A DNA stretch of 64,000 nt from Bacillota bacterium (GTDB lineage: Bacteria; Bacillota; Sulfobacillia; JACIYH01), in contig JASEFA010000001.1 in NCBI GenBank assembly GCA_030019365.1, forward strand, positions 398,953-462,952, in the 5' to 3' direction. A program made the translations under genes and the position numbers. The notes beneath the pieces were generated by a model that saw nothing but the letters and a program-made list of their open reading frames with translations, searched no databases and was not told the DNA's origin. Positions 27,874 through 37,751 of the stretch are shown here, one piece after another. Each line of letters opens with the position of its first letter. The stretch's first letter is position 1.

Positions 27874-29757
27874 TCATGCCTCCCCGCCGGCTGCTGCCCG
27901 GTGGCGGGAAACCAGCCCTCGGGCGACCTGGGCCACCCCCTGCGGAGTGAGGCCATAGTGCTCCAGCCACTCCGCCCGGGCGCCGTGGGGCACGTGCTCG
28001 TCGGGGATGCCCAGCACCTTCACCGTGACCCGCAGGCCGGCGCGGGCCAGGGCCTCCAGCACGGCACTTCCGAATCCCCCCTGGCATACATGCTCCTCTG
28101 CGGTGACCACGCGTCCCGTGCGGGCAGCCCACTCCAGCACCAGGGATTCGTCGAGGGGCTTCACGAAGCGGGCGTCGATCACGGCCGCCCGGATGCCCTC
28201 CCACTCCAGCAGCCGAGCCGCCGCCAGAGCCACCTCCACCATCGTGCCCACTCCCAGGAGGAGGACGTCGTTGCCCGCCCGCAGCAACTCACCCTGTCCC
28301 ACGCCCGGGATCTGCCGGTCGGAATCACCGAGCCGGGCCGGGGTCACGGCGCGCGGGTAACGCACGGCCAGGGGACCGTCCATCTGCAGTCCCAGTTGCA
28401 GGAGAGCCTTCAGGTCGGGCACGTCCCGCGGGCACGCCACTGTCATGCCCGGGATGTGGCGCAGATAGGCGAGGTCGTACAGGCCCTGGTGGGTGGAGCC
28501 GTCTTCTCCCACCACCCCGGCCCGATCCAGGCAGAGTGCGACGGGAAGCCCCTGCCTGGCCACATCGTGCACCACCTGGTCGTATGCCCGCTGCAGAAAA
28601 GTAGAATATATCGCCACCAGGGGCCGCATACCGCCGGCGGCCAGCCCGGCGGCAAAGGTTACGGCATGGCCCTCGGCGATGCCCACGTCGAAGAACCGGT
28701 TCGGGAAGCGCCGGGCAAATTCCCCCAGTCCCGTGCCATCCCGCATGGCCGCGGTGATGGCGACCACCCGGGGATCGGCTTCCGCCATCTGGCAGGCGAT
28801 GGCCCCGAATGCCTGGCTCCACGTGGTGCCGTTTCCCGGTCTGACGCGTCCCGTCTCCAGATCGTAGGGACCGGGCCCGTGGAAGACACTGGGTTCCGCC
28901 TCCGCCGGACCGTACCCGCGCCCCTTGCGAGTAACCGCATGCACCAGCACGGGGCCGTCCAGATCCCGGGCCTGCCGCAGCACCTCCTGGAGGCCGGCGA
29001 TATCGTGGCCGTCCACCGGACCCAGGTATGTGAATCCTAGGGTTTCGAAGAATATGCCCGGCAGGAGGAGGTACTTGATGCTGCCCTTGATCCGTTCCAC
29101 CGCCCCGATCAGGTCCACCGGCCCCACCCGCTCCAGGATCTTCTTGATGCGGGCCTTGGCTCCCCGGTAGGAGGCCGCCGAGCGCAGCCTGGCCAGGTAG
29201 CGGGCCATGGCGCCCACGTTGGGCGATATGGACATGGAGTTGTCATTGAGGATTACGATCAGGTGCGTACCGTCCTGGCCGGCGTGGTTCATGGCCTCGT
29301 AGGCCAGCCCGCCGGTGAGGGCACCGTCCCCCAGGATGGCCACCACCTGGCGGGGCTGGACCCCGAGGTCGCGGGCCTTGGCAAATCCCATGGCCGCCGA
29401 CACGGACGTGGAAGCGTGGCCGGTGCCGAAATGGTCGTGTTCGGACTCTCCGCGTTCGGGATAGCCGGAAATACCGCCCTTCTGCCGCAGGGAGGAAAAG
29501 GCTTCCCGGCGTCCGGTGAGAATCTTATGGGCATATGCCTGGTGCCCCACATCCCATATGATGACGTCGCGAGGGCTGGAAAAAACAGAATGAACCGCCA
29601 GGGCGAGCTCCACTGCCCCCAGGCTGGGGCCTACGTGTCCGCCGCTACGCGAGGTCACTGCGGTGATGAGGGACCTCAGCTCGGCGGCCAGGCCTTCCAG
29701 TTGGCGCGCGCTCAACCCCTTGAGATCCTCGGGACCCCTGACGCTTTCCAGAACCAC
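27874..29757 (-). CDS. dxs: 1-deoxy-D-xylulose-5-phosphate synthase
   Basis: WDVGHQAYAHK, GDGALTGG, NDN, GPVDGHD, DVGIAEGHA, DRAG..GEDG.TH; GTG 29757 with GGAG. Confidence 0.97.
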   Translation of the reverse strand: MVLESVRGPEDLKGLSARQLEGLAAELRSLITAVTSRSGGHVGPSLGAVELALAVHSVFSSPRDVIIWDVGHQAYAHKILTGRREAFSSLRQKGGISGYPERGESEHDHFGTGHASTSVSAAMGFAKARDLGVQPRQVVAILGDGALTGGLAYEAMNHAGQDGTHLIVILNDNSMSISPNVGAMARYLARLRSAASYRGAKARIKKILERVGPVDLIGAVERIKGSIKYLLLPGIFFETLGFTYLGPVDGHDIAGLQEVLRQARDLDGPVLVHAVTRKGRGYGPAEAEPSVFHGPGPYDLETGRVRPGNGTTWSQAFGAIACQMAEADPRVVAITAAMRDGTGLGEFARRFPNRFFDVGIAEGHAVTFAAGLAAGGMRPLVAIYSTFLQRAYDQVVHDVARQGLPVALCLDRAGVVGEDGSTHQGLYDLAYLRHIPGMTVACPRDVPDLKALLQLGLQMDGPLAVRYPRAVTPARLGDSDRQIPGVGQGELLRAGNDVLLLGVGTMVEVALAAARLLEWEGIRAAVIDARFVKPLDESLVLEWAARTGRVVTAEEHVCQGGFGSAVLEALARAGLRVTVKVLGIPDEHVPHGARAEWLEHYGLTPQGVAQVARGLVSRHRAAAGGEA

Positions 29758-29787
29758 TGCCCCGTCTCCGTGGAACCATAAAGGTTG

Positions 29788-30363
29788 GGCAGGTGGCAAC
29801 CGGGCGGGTAAAGGTTGTGGCTTAGGTCCAGCAGGCTTTCCCTACGGGACACCCGGGCGTCGCCGCGCGGGCGGTTTCCCTTTACGTCCCGCCTCGTGGC
29901 GTCACCGGCCACGGCGCTGGATCACCACTCAGCACACACTGCAATCCCCGCCCGGCCTCCCCGGTGGAAACAGCCTAGGAGTTTTCCTCCACAGCACCCG
30001 TCATCTCCTAGCCTCTTTTGCAGACGGGGTTTCGGGCAGCACCGCTGCCGCCAGCGGGCCCACCGGCGGGATGCTGAACCTGCCATCCCCCCGCCCACTC
30101 AAGGCGGGCTACGCTGCACCCCGCTTGCCGGCGGGATGCAGGTTTCCCCCGGGCCGCAGGCCACACCCGCGCGCCCGGGCCTCCCCGGGGATAGGGTCTA
30201 CGCCTACATGCCGTTGTAGATCGCCCCTTCCCCTTTCCCCCAGCCCCGGCCCACAACTGGGCGTCGCAAGCCAAAACCAGGGGCTTCATCGTTGTGCCCG
30301 CGACGGATTTTTAGGCCCGTCTTCAGAGATGGGGGCACCGACTAGGATACTGCGCCACCTGCC
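29788..30363 (-). ncRNA. ole: OLE RNA (ornate, large, extremophilic), about 576 nt
   Basis: 10-bp terminal helix GGCAGGTGGC/GCCACCTGCC; blocks matching my recollection of the OLE consensus (GCAGTATCCTAGTC, GGGCCTAAAAATCCG, GGGCACAACGATGAAG, GCGTAGCCCGCCTTGAGTG, GAGGAAAACTCCTAGGCTG, AAAGGGAAACCGCC, CTGGACCTAAGCCAC); canonical position after ispA and before dxs; no credible ORF. Confidence 0.9.
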
Positions 30364-30382
30364 GCAAAAGCTGTGCATTCTC

Positions 30383-30411
30383 AATATAACACGACCCGGC
30401 TCGCCAATCAA
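30383..30411 (-). promoter_or_regulatory. Sigma-A promoter (extended -10) for ole-dxs
   Basis: TTGATT-17 nt-TATATT with TG at the extended -10 position; overlaps the ispA stop codon. Confidence 0.65.
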
Positions 30412-31301
30412 ATGGAGCGGCGGTATCCTGCCCCCGCTCGGGCGACCAGGTACGTCAGGGCGCCGCTCCTGTAGCCCAGTGACCGCACCAGGCGCAGGCA
30501 GGCTTGCCCTTCCTCGTCCGCCCGCCGTTCGGCCTCCTCCCGGCCCCATATGGCCGCAGCGTTCATCCCCGTTGCATCCTGCCCGGACGCCCAGTCGTCC
30601 AGGTCGTCCCGCATCTGGAAGGCCCGGCCCAGGTGCAGGCCGCAGCGGTCCAGGACCTCCATCGTTTGGGGGTCCGCACCGGCGAGCAGGCCACCCATGC
30701 GCAGGCAGGCCCGGAAGAGCGCTCCGGTCTTGGCGTCAGCCACGAAATCGTAGCTTTGCGGTGATGGTTCCCAAAGTAAGTCGCCCACCTGGCCGCCGGC
30801 CAGTCCCTGGGAGCCGCACGCCCGCGCCAGCTCTTCCACCAGTCGCCCTGCCAGATCGCCGGGGTAGGACGCCAGGACGCCGAAGGCCAGCGCGAGCAGG
30901 GCGTTGCCCGCCAGCAGGGCCACCGCCTGGCCGAAAACCCGGTGACAGGTGGGGCGCCCGCGGCGCAACTCGTCGTCGTCCATGCAGGGGAGGTCGTCGT
31001 GGACCAGGGAGTAGGAGTGGACCAGCTCCACGGCACATGCCCCCGCCAGGGCAGAGGCGGCCCGGTCTCCCAGGTGGGCGGCTGCCATTACCAGCAGGGG
31101 ACGCAGGCGCTTCCCTCCCGGGAAAACGGCATAGCGCATGGCGGCATGGAGCTCCCGGGGCGGTAGTTCCTCGCGCGGCAGGAGCCGTGCCAGGTGCTCT
31201 TCCACCGCCGCCCGCCAGTCAGCGAGCAGGCGGGCCGCTTCCGGATTCTCCGGGCCCCGGTCCTCCGGGCCAGGGTTCTTCGTCCGGTTCACCATCTTCA
31301 C
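30408..31301 (-). CDS. ispA: Farnesyl/geranylgeranyl diphosphate synthase
   Basis: GGKRLRP, SLVHDDLPCMDDDELRRG, KTGALF, AFQMRDD; start uncertain. Confidence 0.93.
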   Translation of the reverse strand: MKMVNRTKNPGPEDRGPENPEAARLLADWRAAVEEHLARLLPREELPPRELHAAMRYAVFPGGKRLRPLLVMAAAHLGDRAASALAGACAVELVHSYSLVHDDLPCMDDDELRRGRPTCHRVFGQAVALLAGNALLALAFGVLASYPGDLAGRLVEELARACGSQGLAGGQVGDLLWEPSPQSYDFVADAKTGALFRACLRMGGLLAGADPQTMEVLDRCGLHLGRAFQMRDDLDDWASGQDATGMNAAAIWGREEAERRADEEGQACLRLVRSLGYRSGALTYLVARAGAGYRRSI

Positions 31302-31491
31302 CCTGTATGAGTTTTGCCATCCTGCCCTCCGCCTCGTCCAGGCGGCGCTGGCACACCCCGAGCAACCTGGTCCCTTCCTCGAAGAGACGCAGCGACTCCT
31401 CCAGGCCGGCGTTACCCTGCTCCAGGGCGCGCACGATCTGCTCGAGCTGGGCCAGGGCTTCTTCGAAACGGGGTTCGGGAGGCTGTTTCAC
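31219..31491 (-). CDS. xseB: Exonuclease VII small subunit
   Basis: FEEALAQLEQIV..LE...LEESL..FEEG. Confidence 0.93.
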   Translation of the reverse strand: MKQPPEPRFEEALAQLEQIVRALEQGNAGLEESLRLFEEGTRLLGVCQRRLDEAEGRMAKLIQGEDGEPDEEPWPGGPGPGESGSGPPAR

Positions 31492-32747
31492 CGTCCATCC
31501 CCCCCTGGGAGCTCCCGGGTGGCCTGCACCCGGCAGTCCATTTCTCCGTCCTTCAGCCTCACCACCACCTCATCGGGCACTGCCACCTCGTCCACGCTGG
31601 CCACCACCTGCCGCCCGGGCAGGCGGTAGCAGATGGCATACCCGCGACTCAGCACCGCCCGCGGGTCCAGAGCCGCCAGCTGCCCCGCGCATGCCTCCAC
31701 CTTCAACCGCCGGGTACGGAGGTGGTTCCCCAGGGCCCGCTCCAACCTCTCCGCCAGGAGATCCACGGCCTGGCGACGCTGCCACACCACGTCGGCGGGG
31801 CGGGCCAGGCAGGGCCGGACCGCCAGCTCATCGAGCCGCTCTCTAAGGCGGGCCAGCTGCCCCGCCACGGCCACGCGCAGGCGGCTGCGCCAGCCGCTCA
31901 GGACCTCTTCCCACCGGGCCCGGTCGGGAACCACGATCTCGGCCGCGTGGGAGGGGGTGGCCGCCCGCACGTCCGCCACCAGGTCGGCGATGGTGACATC
32001 CGACTCGTGGCCCACCGCGGACACCACCGGGAGGGCGGACCGGGATATGGCCCGTGCCACCTCTTCCGTGTTGAAGGCCCACAGCTCTTCCATCGACCCG
32101 CCCCCGCGAGCCACGATGATCACCTCCGCCAGGCGGTACCGGTTCACCAGATCCAGGGCCGCCGCGATTTCCCCCGGTGCTTCCAGGCCCTGCACCTGGA
32201 CGGGTACCAGGAGCAGGTCGAAGCGGGGGAACCGGCGGTGGGCAACCCGCACGATGTCCCGGATGACGGCGCCGGTGGGGGATGTGATCACCGCCACCCG
32301 GGCCGGTACCTGCGGGAGCGGCCGCTTACGTGCCGGTGCAAAGAGCCCCTCCTCCTCCAGGCGCCGGCGCAGCTCCTCCAGGGCCTGCCACAACGCCCCC
32401 AGTCCGTCCGGGTGCATCTCCTCCACATACAGCTGATAGATGCCGTCCCTTTCGAACACCCCGATGGAGCCCCGGCACAGCACGCTTATGCCGTTGGCTG
32501 GCGCAAAGACCAGACCCGCCACCCGGGACGAGAACATCACACATGCCAGGCGCGACTCCCCGTCCCGCAGGGAGAAATAGAGGTGGCCTCGCGAGTGGTG
32601 CTTGAAGTTGGCGATTTCCCCGCGCACCCAGGTGTCCTGCAGAGGGGCCTGTTCCTCGAGAACGTGTTTGATGTGGCGGGTGATTTCGCTCACCCGCCAC
32701 ACCTTCTCCTCCGGCCCCCGGGGAGCCAGCTTCCAGGTCATGAGCAC
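31488..32747 (-). CDS. xseA: Exonuclease VII large subunit
   Basis: WVRGEIAN, GHLYFSL, TSPTGAV, ARGGGS, SAVGHE, ATPS. Confidence 0.96.
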   Translation of the reverse strand: MLMTWKLAPRGPEEKVWRVSEITRHIKHVLEEQAPLQDTWVRGEIANFKHHSRGHLYFSLRDGESRLACVMFSSRVAGLVFAPANGISVLCRGSIGVFERDGIYQLYVEEMHPDGLGALWQALEELRRRLEEEGLFAPARKRPLPQVPARVAVITSPTGAVIRDIVRVAHRRFPRFDLLLVPVQVQGLEAPGEIAAALDLVNRYRLAEVIIVARGGGSMEELWAFNTEEVARAISRSALPVVSAVGHESDVTIADLVADVRAATPSHAAEIVVPDRARWEEVLSGWRSRLRVAVAGQLARLRERLDELAVRPCLARPADVVWQRRQAVDLLAERLERALGNHLRTRRLKVEACAGQLAALDPRAVLSRGYAICYRLPGRQVVASVDEVAVPDEVVVRLKDGEMDCRVQATRELPGGDGR

Positions 32748-32774
32748 ACCCCGCCGGATGGCACCGCTCGACGG

Positions 32775-33629
32775 CTAGGCCAGGCCCGCCTGCCTCCTGG
32801 CCGCCTCCACCGTGTTCTTGAGCAGCATGGCGATGGTCATGGGGCCCACGCCGCCCGGCACCGGAGTAATGGCCGAGGCCACGTCGACCGCCGACTCGAA
32901 ATCCACGTCGCCCACCAGCTTGCCGTCTTCGGGGTTGACGCCCACGTCGATGACCACCGCGCCCGGCTTGATCATGTCGCCCCGGACGGCCCGGGCTTTG
33001 CCCACGGCCACCACCAGCACGTCGGCGGCACGGGTCTCCGCCCCCAGGTCCTGCGTGCGGGAATGGCAGATGGTGACGGTGGCGTGTCGGGAGAGGAGCA
33101 GCAGGGCCACTGGCTTGCCCACGATGTTGGAACGGCCCACCACCACGGCCCGCTTACCCTTGAGGTCGACCCCGGTGTGCTCGAGCAGGTGCAGGATCCC
33201 CTGCGGCGTGCAGGGGACGAAGCACCTCTCGCCGATGAGGAGCCGCCCCTGGTTCACGGGGTGGAATCCGTCCACATCCTTTTCCGGGCTGATGGCGTCG
33301 AAGCAGCGCCGTTCGTCGATATGCCCGGGCACAGGATGCTGGAGCAGGATGCCCGAGATCTCCGGGCGGGCGTTGAGCTCGCCGATCAGGCGCAGCACCT
33401 CATGCTCCGGCGTGTCGGCGGGCAGGCGGTACACTTCCGAATGGATGCCGGCGTCCTTGCAGGCCCGTTCCTTGTTGCGCACATAGGTCTTGGAAGCCGG
33501 GTCTTCCCCCACCAGGATCACCGCCAGACCGGGCAGGATACCCCGCTCCTTGAGACCGGCCACTTCCGCGCGGACCTCGGCGCGCGCTGCCTCGGCGACG
33601 GCCTTGCCGTCGATGATGCGTGCACTCAT
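32775..33629 (-). CDS. folD: Methylenetetrahydrofolate dehydrogenase/cyclohydrolase
   Basis: [38 protein letters not shown]. Confidence 0.97.
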   Translation of the reverse strand: MSARIIDGKAVAEAARAEVRAEVAGLKERGILPGLAVILVGEDPASKTYVRNKERACKDAGIHSEVYRLPADTPEHEVLRLIGELNARPEISGILLQHPVPGHIDERRCFDAISPEKDVDGFHPVNQGRLLIGERCFVPCTPQGILHLLEHTGVDLKGKRAVVVGRSNIVGKPVALLLLSRHATVTICHSRTQDLGAETRAADVLVVAVGKARAVRGDMIKPGAVVIDVGVNPEDGKLVGDVDFESAVDVASAITPVPGGVGPMTIAMLLKNTVEAARRQAGLA

Positions 33630-35026
33630 CCCTGCTTCCCCCCTTCGGACAGATAGCGGTCGATGCCCGCGGCCGCCCGGCGTCCCGCTCCCATGGCCAG
33701 GATCACCGTGGCCGCCCCCGTCACGCTGTCGCCTCCAGCGAAGACCCCGGGCCGGGTGGTCATGCCGGTTTCCTCGTCGATGATGAGCCCTCCCCACCTG
33801 GTGGTCTGCAGGCCGGAGCTGGAACGGGAAACCAGGGGGTTGGGTGTGGTGCCGATGGCAATGACGACCGTGTCCACGTCCAGATGGTACTCACTGCCCG
33901 GAATGGGCACGGGGCGCCTGCGCCCGGAGGCATCCGGCTCCCCCAGCTCCATGCGCTGGCAGACCATCCCCTTCACCCAGCCCTTCTCGTCCCCCAGGAT
34001 CTCAACGGGCGCGGTGAGCAGGTGGAACTCGATACCTTCCTCTTTGGCATGGTGGATTTCTTCGCGCCGGGCGGGCATCTCCTCCCAGGTACGGCGGTAT
34101 ACGATGTAGACCTTTTCGGGACCCAGGCGCAGGGCGCAGCGGGCTGCGTCCATGGCCACGTTCCCCGCCCCCACCACCGCCACCCGGCGGCCGCTCTTGA
34201 CCGGGGTGTCATACTCGGGGAACAGGTACCCCTTCATGAGGTTGATGCGGGTCAGGAATTCGTTGGCCGAGTACACCCCGCACAGGTTCTCGCCCGGGAT
34301 GCCCAGGAAGTTGGGGAGCCCCGCCCCCGTGCCCAGGAACACGGCCTGGTAGCCGTCGGCGAAGAGGTCGTCCACGGTAAGCGTCTTTCCCACCACCGCG
34401 TCCGTCCTGATCTCCACCCCCAGGGCGCGCAGCCCGTCGATCTCCGCCTGTACCACCGCCTTGGGCAGACGAAACTCGGGGATACCGTACATCAGGACCC
34501 CGCCGGGCACGTGCAGGGCTTCGAAGACGGTAACCTGGTATCCCTTCTGAGCCAGGTCGCTGGCGCAGGTGAGCCCGGCCGGTCCGGAGCCCACCACGGC
34601 CACCCTCTTGCCGTTGGGGGAAGGCTTCTCGGCCAGGCGGAGGCCCTGCTCGCGCGCCCAGTCGCCCAGGTACCGCTCCAGGCGTCCGATGGCGACCGGC
34701 TCGTTCTTCTTGCCCATCAGGCAGTACCTTTCGCACTGCTCCTCCTGCGGGCATACCCGCCCGCATATGGAAGGCAAGATGTTGGTCGACCAGATGCTGC
34801 GGTAGGCGCCCTCCACGTCACCGCCACGCAGCTTACCGATGAACTCCTTGATGCGGACGTTGACCGGGCACCCCTGCTCGCAGGTGGGATTCTTGCATTG
34901 CAGGCAGCGTTCCGCCTCCTCCTGCGCCAGTTCGGGGGTAAGGCCCAGCGCCACCTCCCGGAAGTTGCGGATGCGTTCCTCCGGGTGCTGCTCGGGCATG
35001 GGTACCTTGGTCTTGCGGAGCGGCAT
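33626..35026 (-). CDS. nfnB: Electron-bifurcating transhydrogenase large subunit (GltD-like)
   Basis: RCLQC...C...[37 protein letters not shown]; paired with the small subunit; no GltB nearby. Confidence 0.85.
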   Translation of the reverse strand: MPLRKTKVPMPEQHPEERIRNFREVALGLTPELAQEEAERCLQCKNPTCEQGCPVNVRIKEFIGKLRGGDVEGAYRSIWSTNILPSICGRVCPQEEQCERYCLMGKKNEPVAIGRLERYLGDWAREQGLRLAEKPSPNGKRVAVVGSGPAGLTCASDLAQKGYQVTVFEALHVPGGVLMYGIPEFRLPKAVVQAEIDGLRALGVEIRTDAVVGKTLTVDDLFADGYQAVFLGTGAGLPNFLGIPGENLCGVYSANEFLTRINLMKGYLFPEYDTPVKSGRRVAVVGAGNVAMDAARCALRLGPEKVYIVYRRTWEEMPARREEIHHAKEEGIEFHLLTAPVEILGDEKGWVKGMVCQRMELGEPDASGRRRPVPIPGSEYHLDVDTVVIAIGTTPNPLVSRSSSGLQTTRWGGLIIDEETGMTTRPGVFAGGDSVTGAATVILAMGAGRRAAAGIDRYLSEGGKQG

Positions 35027-35871
35027 CAGGCCTCACCTCCACCGTGGCAGCTGCACTTCTCGTAGTGTTCCAGGGCCAGCTTCTGCTCGGCATCGTACAT
35101 GTGACCCCGCCGCACCGCCAGGTCGAAGTCCACCTGGTGGGCGTCGAAGATGGGCCCGTCCACGCAGGCGAAGCGGGTCTGGCCGCCCACACTGACCCGG
35201 CACACCCCGCACATCCCCGTGCCGTCCACCATGATGGGGTCCAGGCTGACCAGGGTGCGGATACCGTGCGGCCTCGTCACCTCCGCCACCGCCCGCATCA
35301 TCACCATGGGGCCGATGGCGATGACCTCGTCCAGATGCTCGCCCCGGGAGATGAGCGTCTGCAGGACATCGGTGACCATCCCCTGCATGCCCCGGGAGCC
35401 ATCGTTGGTGGAGACCAGGTAGCGGTCGCTCACCGCCTGCAGTTCCTCCTCCAGGATCAGGAGCTCGGCGGTGCGGGCCCCGTTGATAGCGATCACCTGT
35501 ACGTCCCGTTCGTGCAGGGCCCGGGCGATGGGGATGATGGGGGCCACCCCGAATCCGCCTCCCACCACGGCCACGGTGCCACCCTCCCGCAGGGGACAGG
35601 GCTGGCCCAGGGGACCCACCACGTCGGCGAGGGCATCACCATCGCCCAGGGCGATGAGTTCGCGGGTGCTCTTGCCCACCGCCTGGATGACGATGCTCAA
35701 GACCCCGTCCCGGCCGGCGTCCATGATGGTGAGCGGGATGCGCTCCGACTTCTCCCCCAGCCTGACGATGACAAACTGTCCCGGCCGGGCGTGCCGGCAG
35801 ACCAGGGGAGCCTCAACTTCGAACAGCACGGTGACCGGCGTCAACACTCGCTTCTTCCGGATGCGAAACAC
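35026..35871 (-). CDS. nfnA: Electron-bifurcating transhydrogenase small subunit (sulfide dehydrogenase beta-like)
   Basis: PGQFVI, ERIPLTI, MVDGTGMCGVCRV, CVDGP. Confidence 0.87.
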   Translation of the reverse strand: MFRIRKKRVLTPVTVLFEVEAPLVCRHARPGQFVIVRLGEKSERIPLTIMDAGRDGVLSIVIQAVGKSTRELIALGDGDALADVVGPLGQPCPLREGGTVAVVGGGFGVAPIIPIARALHERDVQVIAINGARTAELLILEEELQAVSDRYLVSTNDGSRGMQGMVTDVLQTLISRGEHLDEVIAIGPMVMMRAVAEVTRPHGIRTLVSLDPIMVDGTGMCGVCRVSVGGQTRFACVDGPIFDAHQVDFDLAVRRGHMYDAEQKLALEHYEKCSCHGGGEA

Positions 35872-35893
35872 CAATCCACCCCTCCCACGTCTG

Positions 35894-35911
35894 ATGTTAC
35901 ACCCATCACAA
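35894..35911 (-). promoter_or_regulatory. Putative Rex operator upstream of nfnAB
   Basis: 18-bp TTGTGATGGGTGTAACAT versus consensus TTGTGAAnnnnTTCACAA. Confidence 0.5.
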
Positions 35912-35920
35912 GACCGGCGC

Positions 35921-35941
35921 AAAAAAGCGGGGGTCACCCGC
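35921..35941 (-). terminator. Intrinsic terminator after the TsaD-like gene
   Basis: GCGGG-TGACC-CCCGC-TTTTTT. Confidence 0.65.
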
Positions 35942-37058
35942 CCCGATCCTCACCGCTATTCGACGCCTGCGGTGACAAGTCCTTTCCGCCCCAAACGCGC
36001 GCGAACTCCCACCAGCCCCACCTCCCCACTCCCACGGCGTTGTCGGTGCACAGGCCGGGGGGTGGGAAATGCAGCCGCACTCCCACTGCGGGGTGGCCCA
36101 GGCGATGGCACAATCGTTCCCGCACCAGGGTCGATGCCGCCACCCCGCCCACCACCAGCACGGCCTGTGGTTCACCAGCCTCCAGAGCGGCCAGGACCAT
36201 CTTCTCGAGGGCCCTGGCCACGCAGAGCAGCGCCGCCCGCGCCACCTGGGCCGGAGGTGTCCCCTTCCCGATGAGGCGCATGGCGGCCGCCTCGGGCCCG
36301 GCGAAGCTGGGCCGGAAACCGCGCACCGTGACCGGGATGGCCACTTCGGGCCCGGCCGGCGGCCCCTTTCCGGGCAGACCCGCGCCCCTGCCCTTCTCTG
36401 CCGCCGGTTCCGGCTCGCCAGGCGCTTCGGCGGCCAGGCGGTCCAGGTACGGCCCGGCGGGAAAAGGGAGGCCCAGGGCCACGCCCACCCGGTCCAGGAA
36501 CTGGCCGGCGTGCAGGTCCAGGCTGGTCCCCAGGGACGCGATCTCCCAGGGAGGCCCGCCCCGCAGGCGGACCAGCTCGGTCGTGCCCCCGGAAACGTGC
36601 AGGCCCAGAAGGGTATCCGGGAGGCGCGGGAGGTTCGGGGTGGTACCCGGGAGGCCAATCTCCCACCCGGCCGCCAGATGCCCTTCCTGGTGAGAAACCG
36701 CCACCAGGGGAACCCCCAGGGCGGCGGCCAGGCTGCGTGCGAACCCTTCGCCCACCCTGAATACCGGCAGGTAGGAATCCTGCGGGGGGCGAGGGCGGCT
36801 GCTGACCGCCACCGCCTGGACCTGCCACCCCGCGCGGCGGGCCCCGTCCATGGCCTGCTCCACCAGGGCGGGCAGGCGCACCAGGTGGGCGAACACCGCC
36901 TCCCCCTGCCGCAGGCCCCTCTCCCCCGGGGCAACCGGCAGGGGAACGCGCAGATCGAGCAGCCCACCTCCCCCGGGCCCTACCAGGGAACAGGACGTGG
37001 TGTAGCACGAGGTATCCAGGCCCAGGATCACCCGGCGGTCCACGGTGCCCGGGGCCAC
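35934..37058 (-). CDS. Kae1/TsaD-like protein (clostridial nusB-linked paralog)
   Basis: LGLDTSCYTTS, SHQEGH, SGGTTE, AGQFLDRVG, TDNAVG. Confidence 0.85.
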   Translation of the reverse strand: MAPGTVDRRVILGLDTSCYTTSCSLVGPGGGGLLDLRVPLPVAPGERGLRQGEAVFAHLVRLPALVEQAMDGARRAGWQVQAVAVSSRPRPPQDSYLPVFRVGEGFARSLAAALGVPLVAVSHQEGHLAAGWEIGLPGTTPNLPRLPDTLLGLHVSGGTTELVRLRGGPPWEIASLGTSLDLHAGQFLDRVGVALGLPFPAGPYLDRLAAEAPGEPEPAAEKGRGAGLPGKGPPAGPEVAIPVTVRGFRPSFAGPEAAAMRLIGKGTPPAQVARAALLCVARALEKMVLAALEAGEPQAVLVVGGVAASTLVRERLCHRLGHPAVGVRLHFPPPGLCTDNAVGVGRWGWWEFARVWGGKDLSPQASNSGEDRGG

Positions 37059-37059
37059 T

Positions 37060-37482
37060 TCACCCCGCCGGGGCGGGAACCCGCCCCAGCCGGCGCGCCA
37101 GCTCCCCCAGCACTCCGTTTATGAAGCGCGGGGATTCCTCGGTACCATAAAGCTTGGCCAGTTCCACCGCTTCATTGATGGTGGCGCTGGCGGGGATGTC
37201 CGCCCGGTGGAGCAGCTCGTAGGCGGCCAGCCGCAGGATGTTCCGGTCCACTCCGGGCATCCGGTTGACCTTCCATCCCTCGGAGCATTCGGAGAGCAGG
37301 CGGTCGATATCCTCCCGGTGGCAGGTCGATCCCGCCGCCAGCTCCCGGGCGAATTCAGCCGACCCCGCCGGCAGGCCTTCCCCCTCTATGGCCAGAGGCC
37401 ACGCTTCCTCCAGGGTGTGCCTCCCCAGATCCATCTGGAAAAGCACCTTCAGCGCCACCTCACGGGCCTTGCGCCGCGCCAC
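37060..37482 (-). CDS. nusB: Transcription antitermination factor NusB
   Basis: RRKARE.AL, VDRNILRLA, INEAVELAK, FINGVL. Confidence 0.96.
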   Translation of the reverse strand: MARRKAREVALKVLFQMDLGRHTLEEAWPLAIEGEGLPAGSAEFARELAAGSTCHREDIDRLLSECSEGWKVNRMPGVDRNILRLAAYELLHRADIPASATINEAVELAKLYGTEESPRFINGVLGELARRLGRVPAPAG

Positions 37483-37492
37483 GGGACCAGGA

Positions 37493-37729
37493 TCACGTCC
37501 TTCCCGGCGGCAGGTACTTCTCCAGGAGTTCCACCCAGCGCTCCTTGTCCTCGTCGATGCGTTTCCCGACGAAATACCCGGCCGCCGTACAAATGCAGAT
37601 GAAGATCGCCCACAGAAAACCGTAATGGTGAACCACGAGGGCGAAGGCAAGTCCCACTGCGCCCCCGATCAGCCTTCCCTTGAAGGGACGGATTATATGC
37701 CACCCCTGCCGCAGCCACTCGGGAGCCAT
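37493..37729 (-). CDS. Small membrane protein (DUF2273)
   Basis: GRLIGGAVGL...YGF...GYFVGKRID; amaP-nusB synteny. Confidence 0.85.
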   Translation of the reverse strand: MAPEWLRQGWHIIRPFKGRLIGGAVGLAFALVVHHYGFLWAIFICICTAAGYFVGKRIDEDKERWVELLEKYLPPGRT

Positions 37730-37751
37730 GCCCGCCACCTCGCCCCCGCCG

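Noticed and set aside
29712..30549. Short ORFs between dxs and ispA as an oapA candidate
   Set aside because: None is a hydrophobic multi-TM protein; they overlap the OLE RNA
33626..35026. Glutamate synthase small subunit
   Set aside because: No large subunit nearby; pairing with an NfnA-type gene favours NfnB
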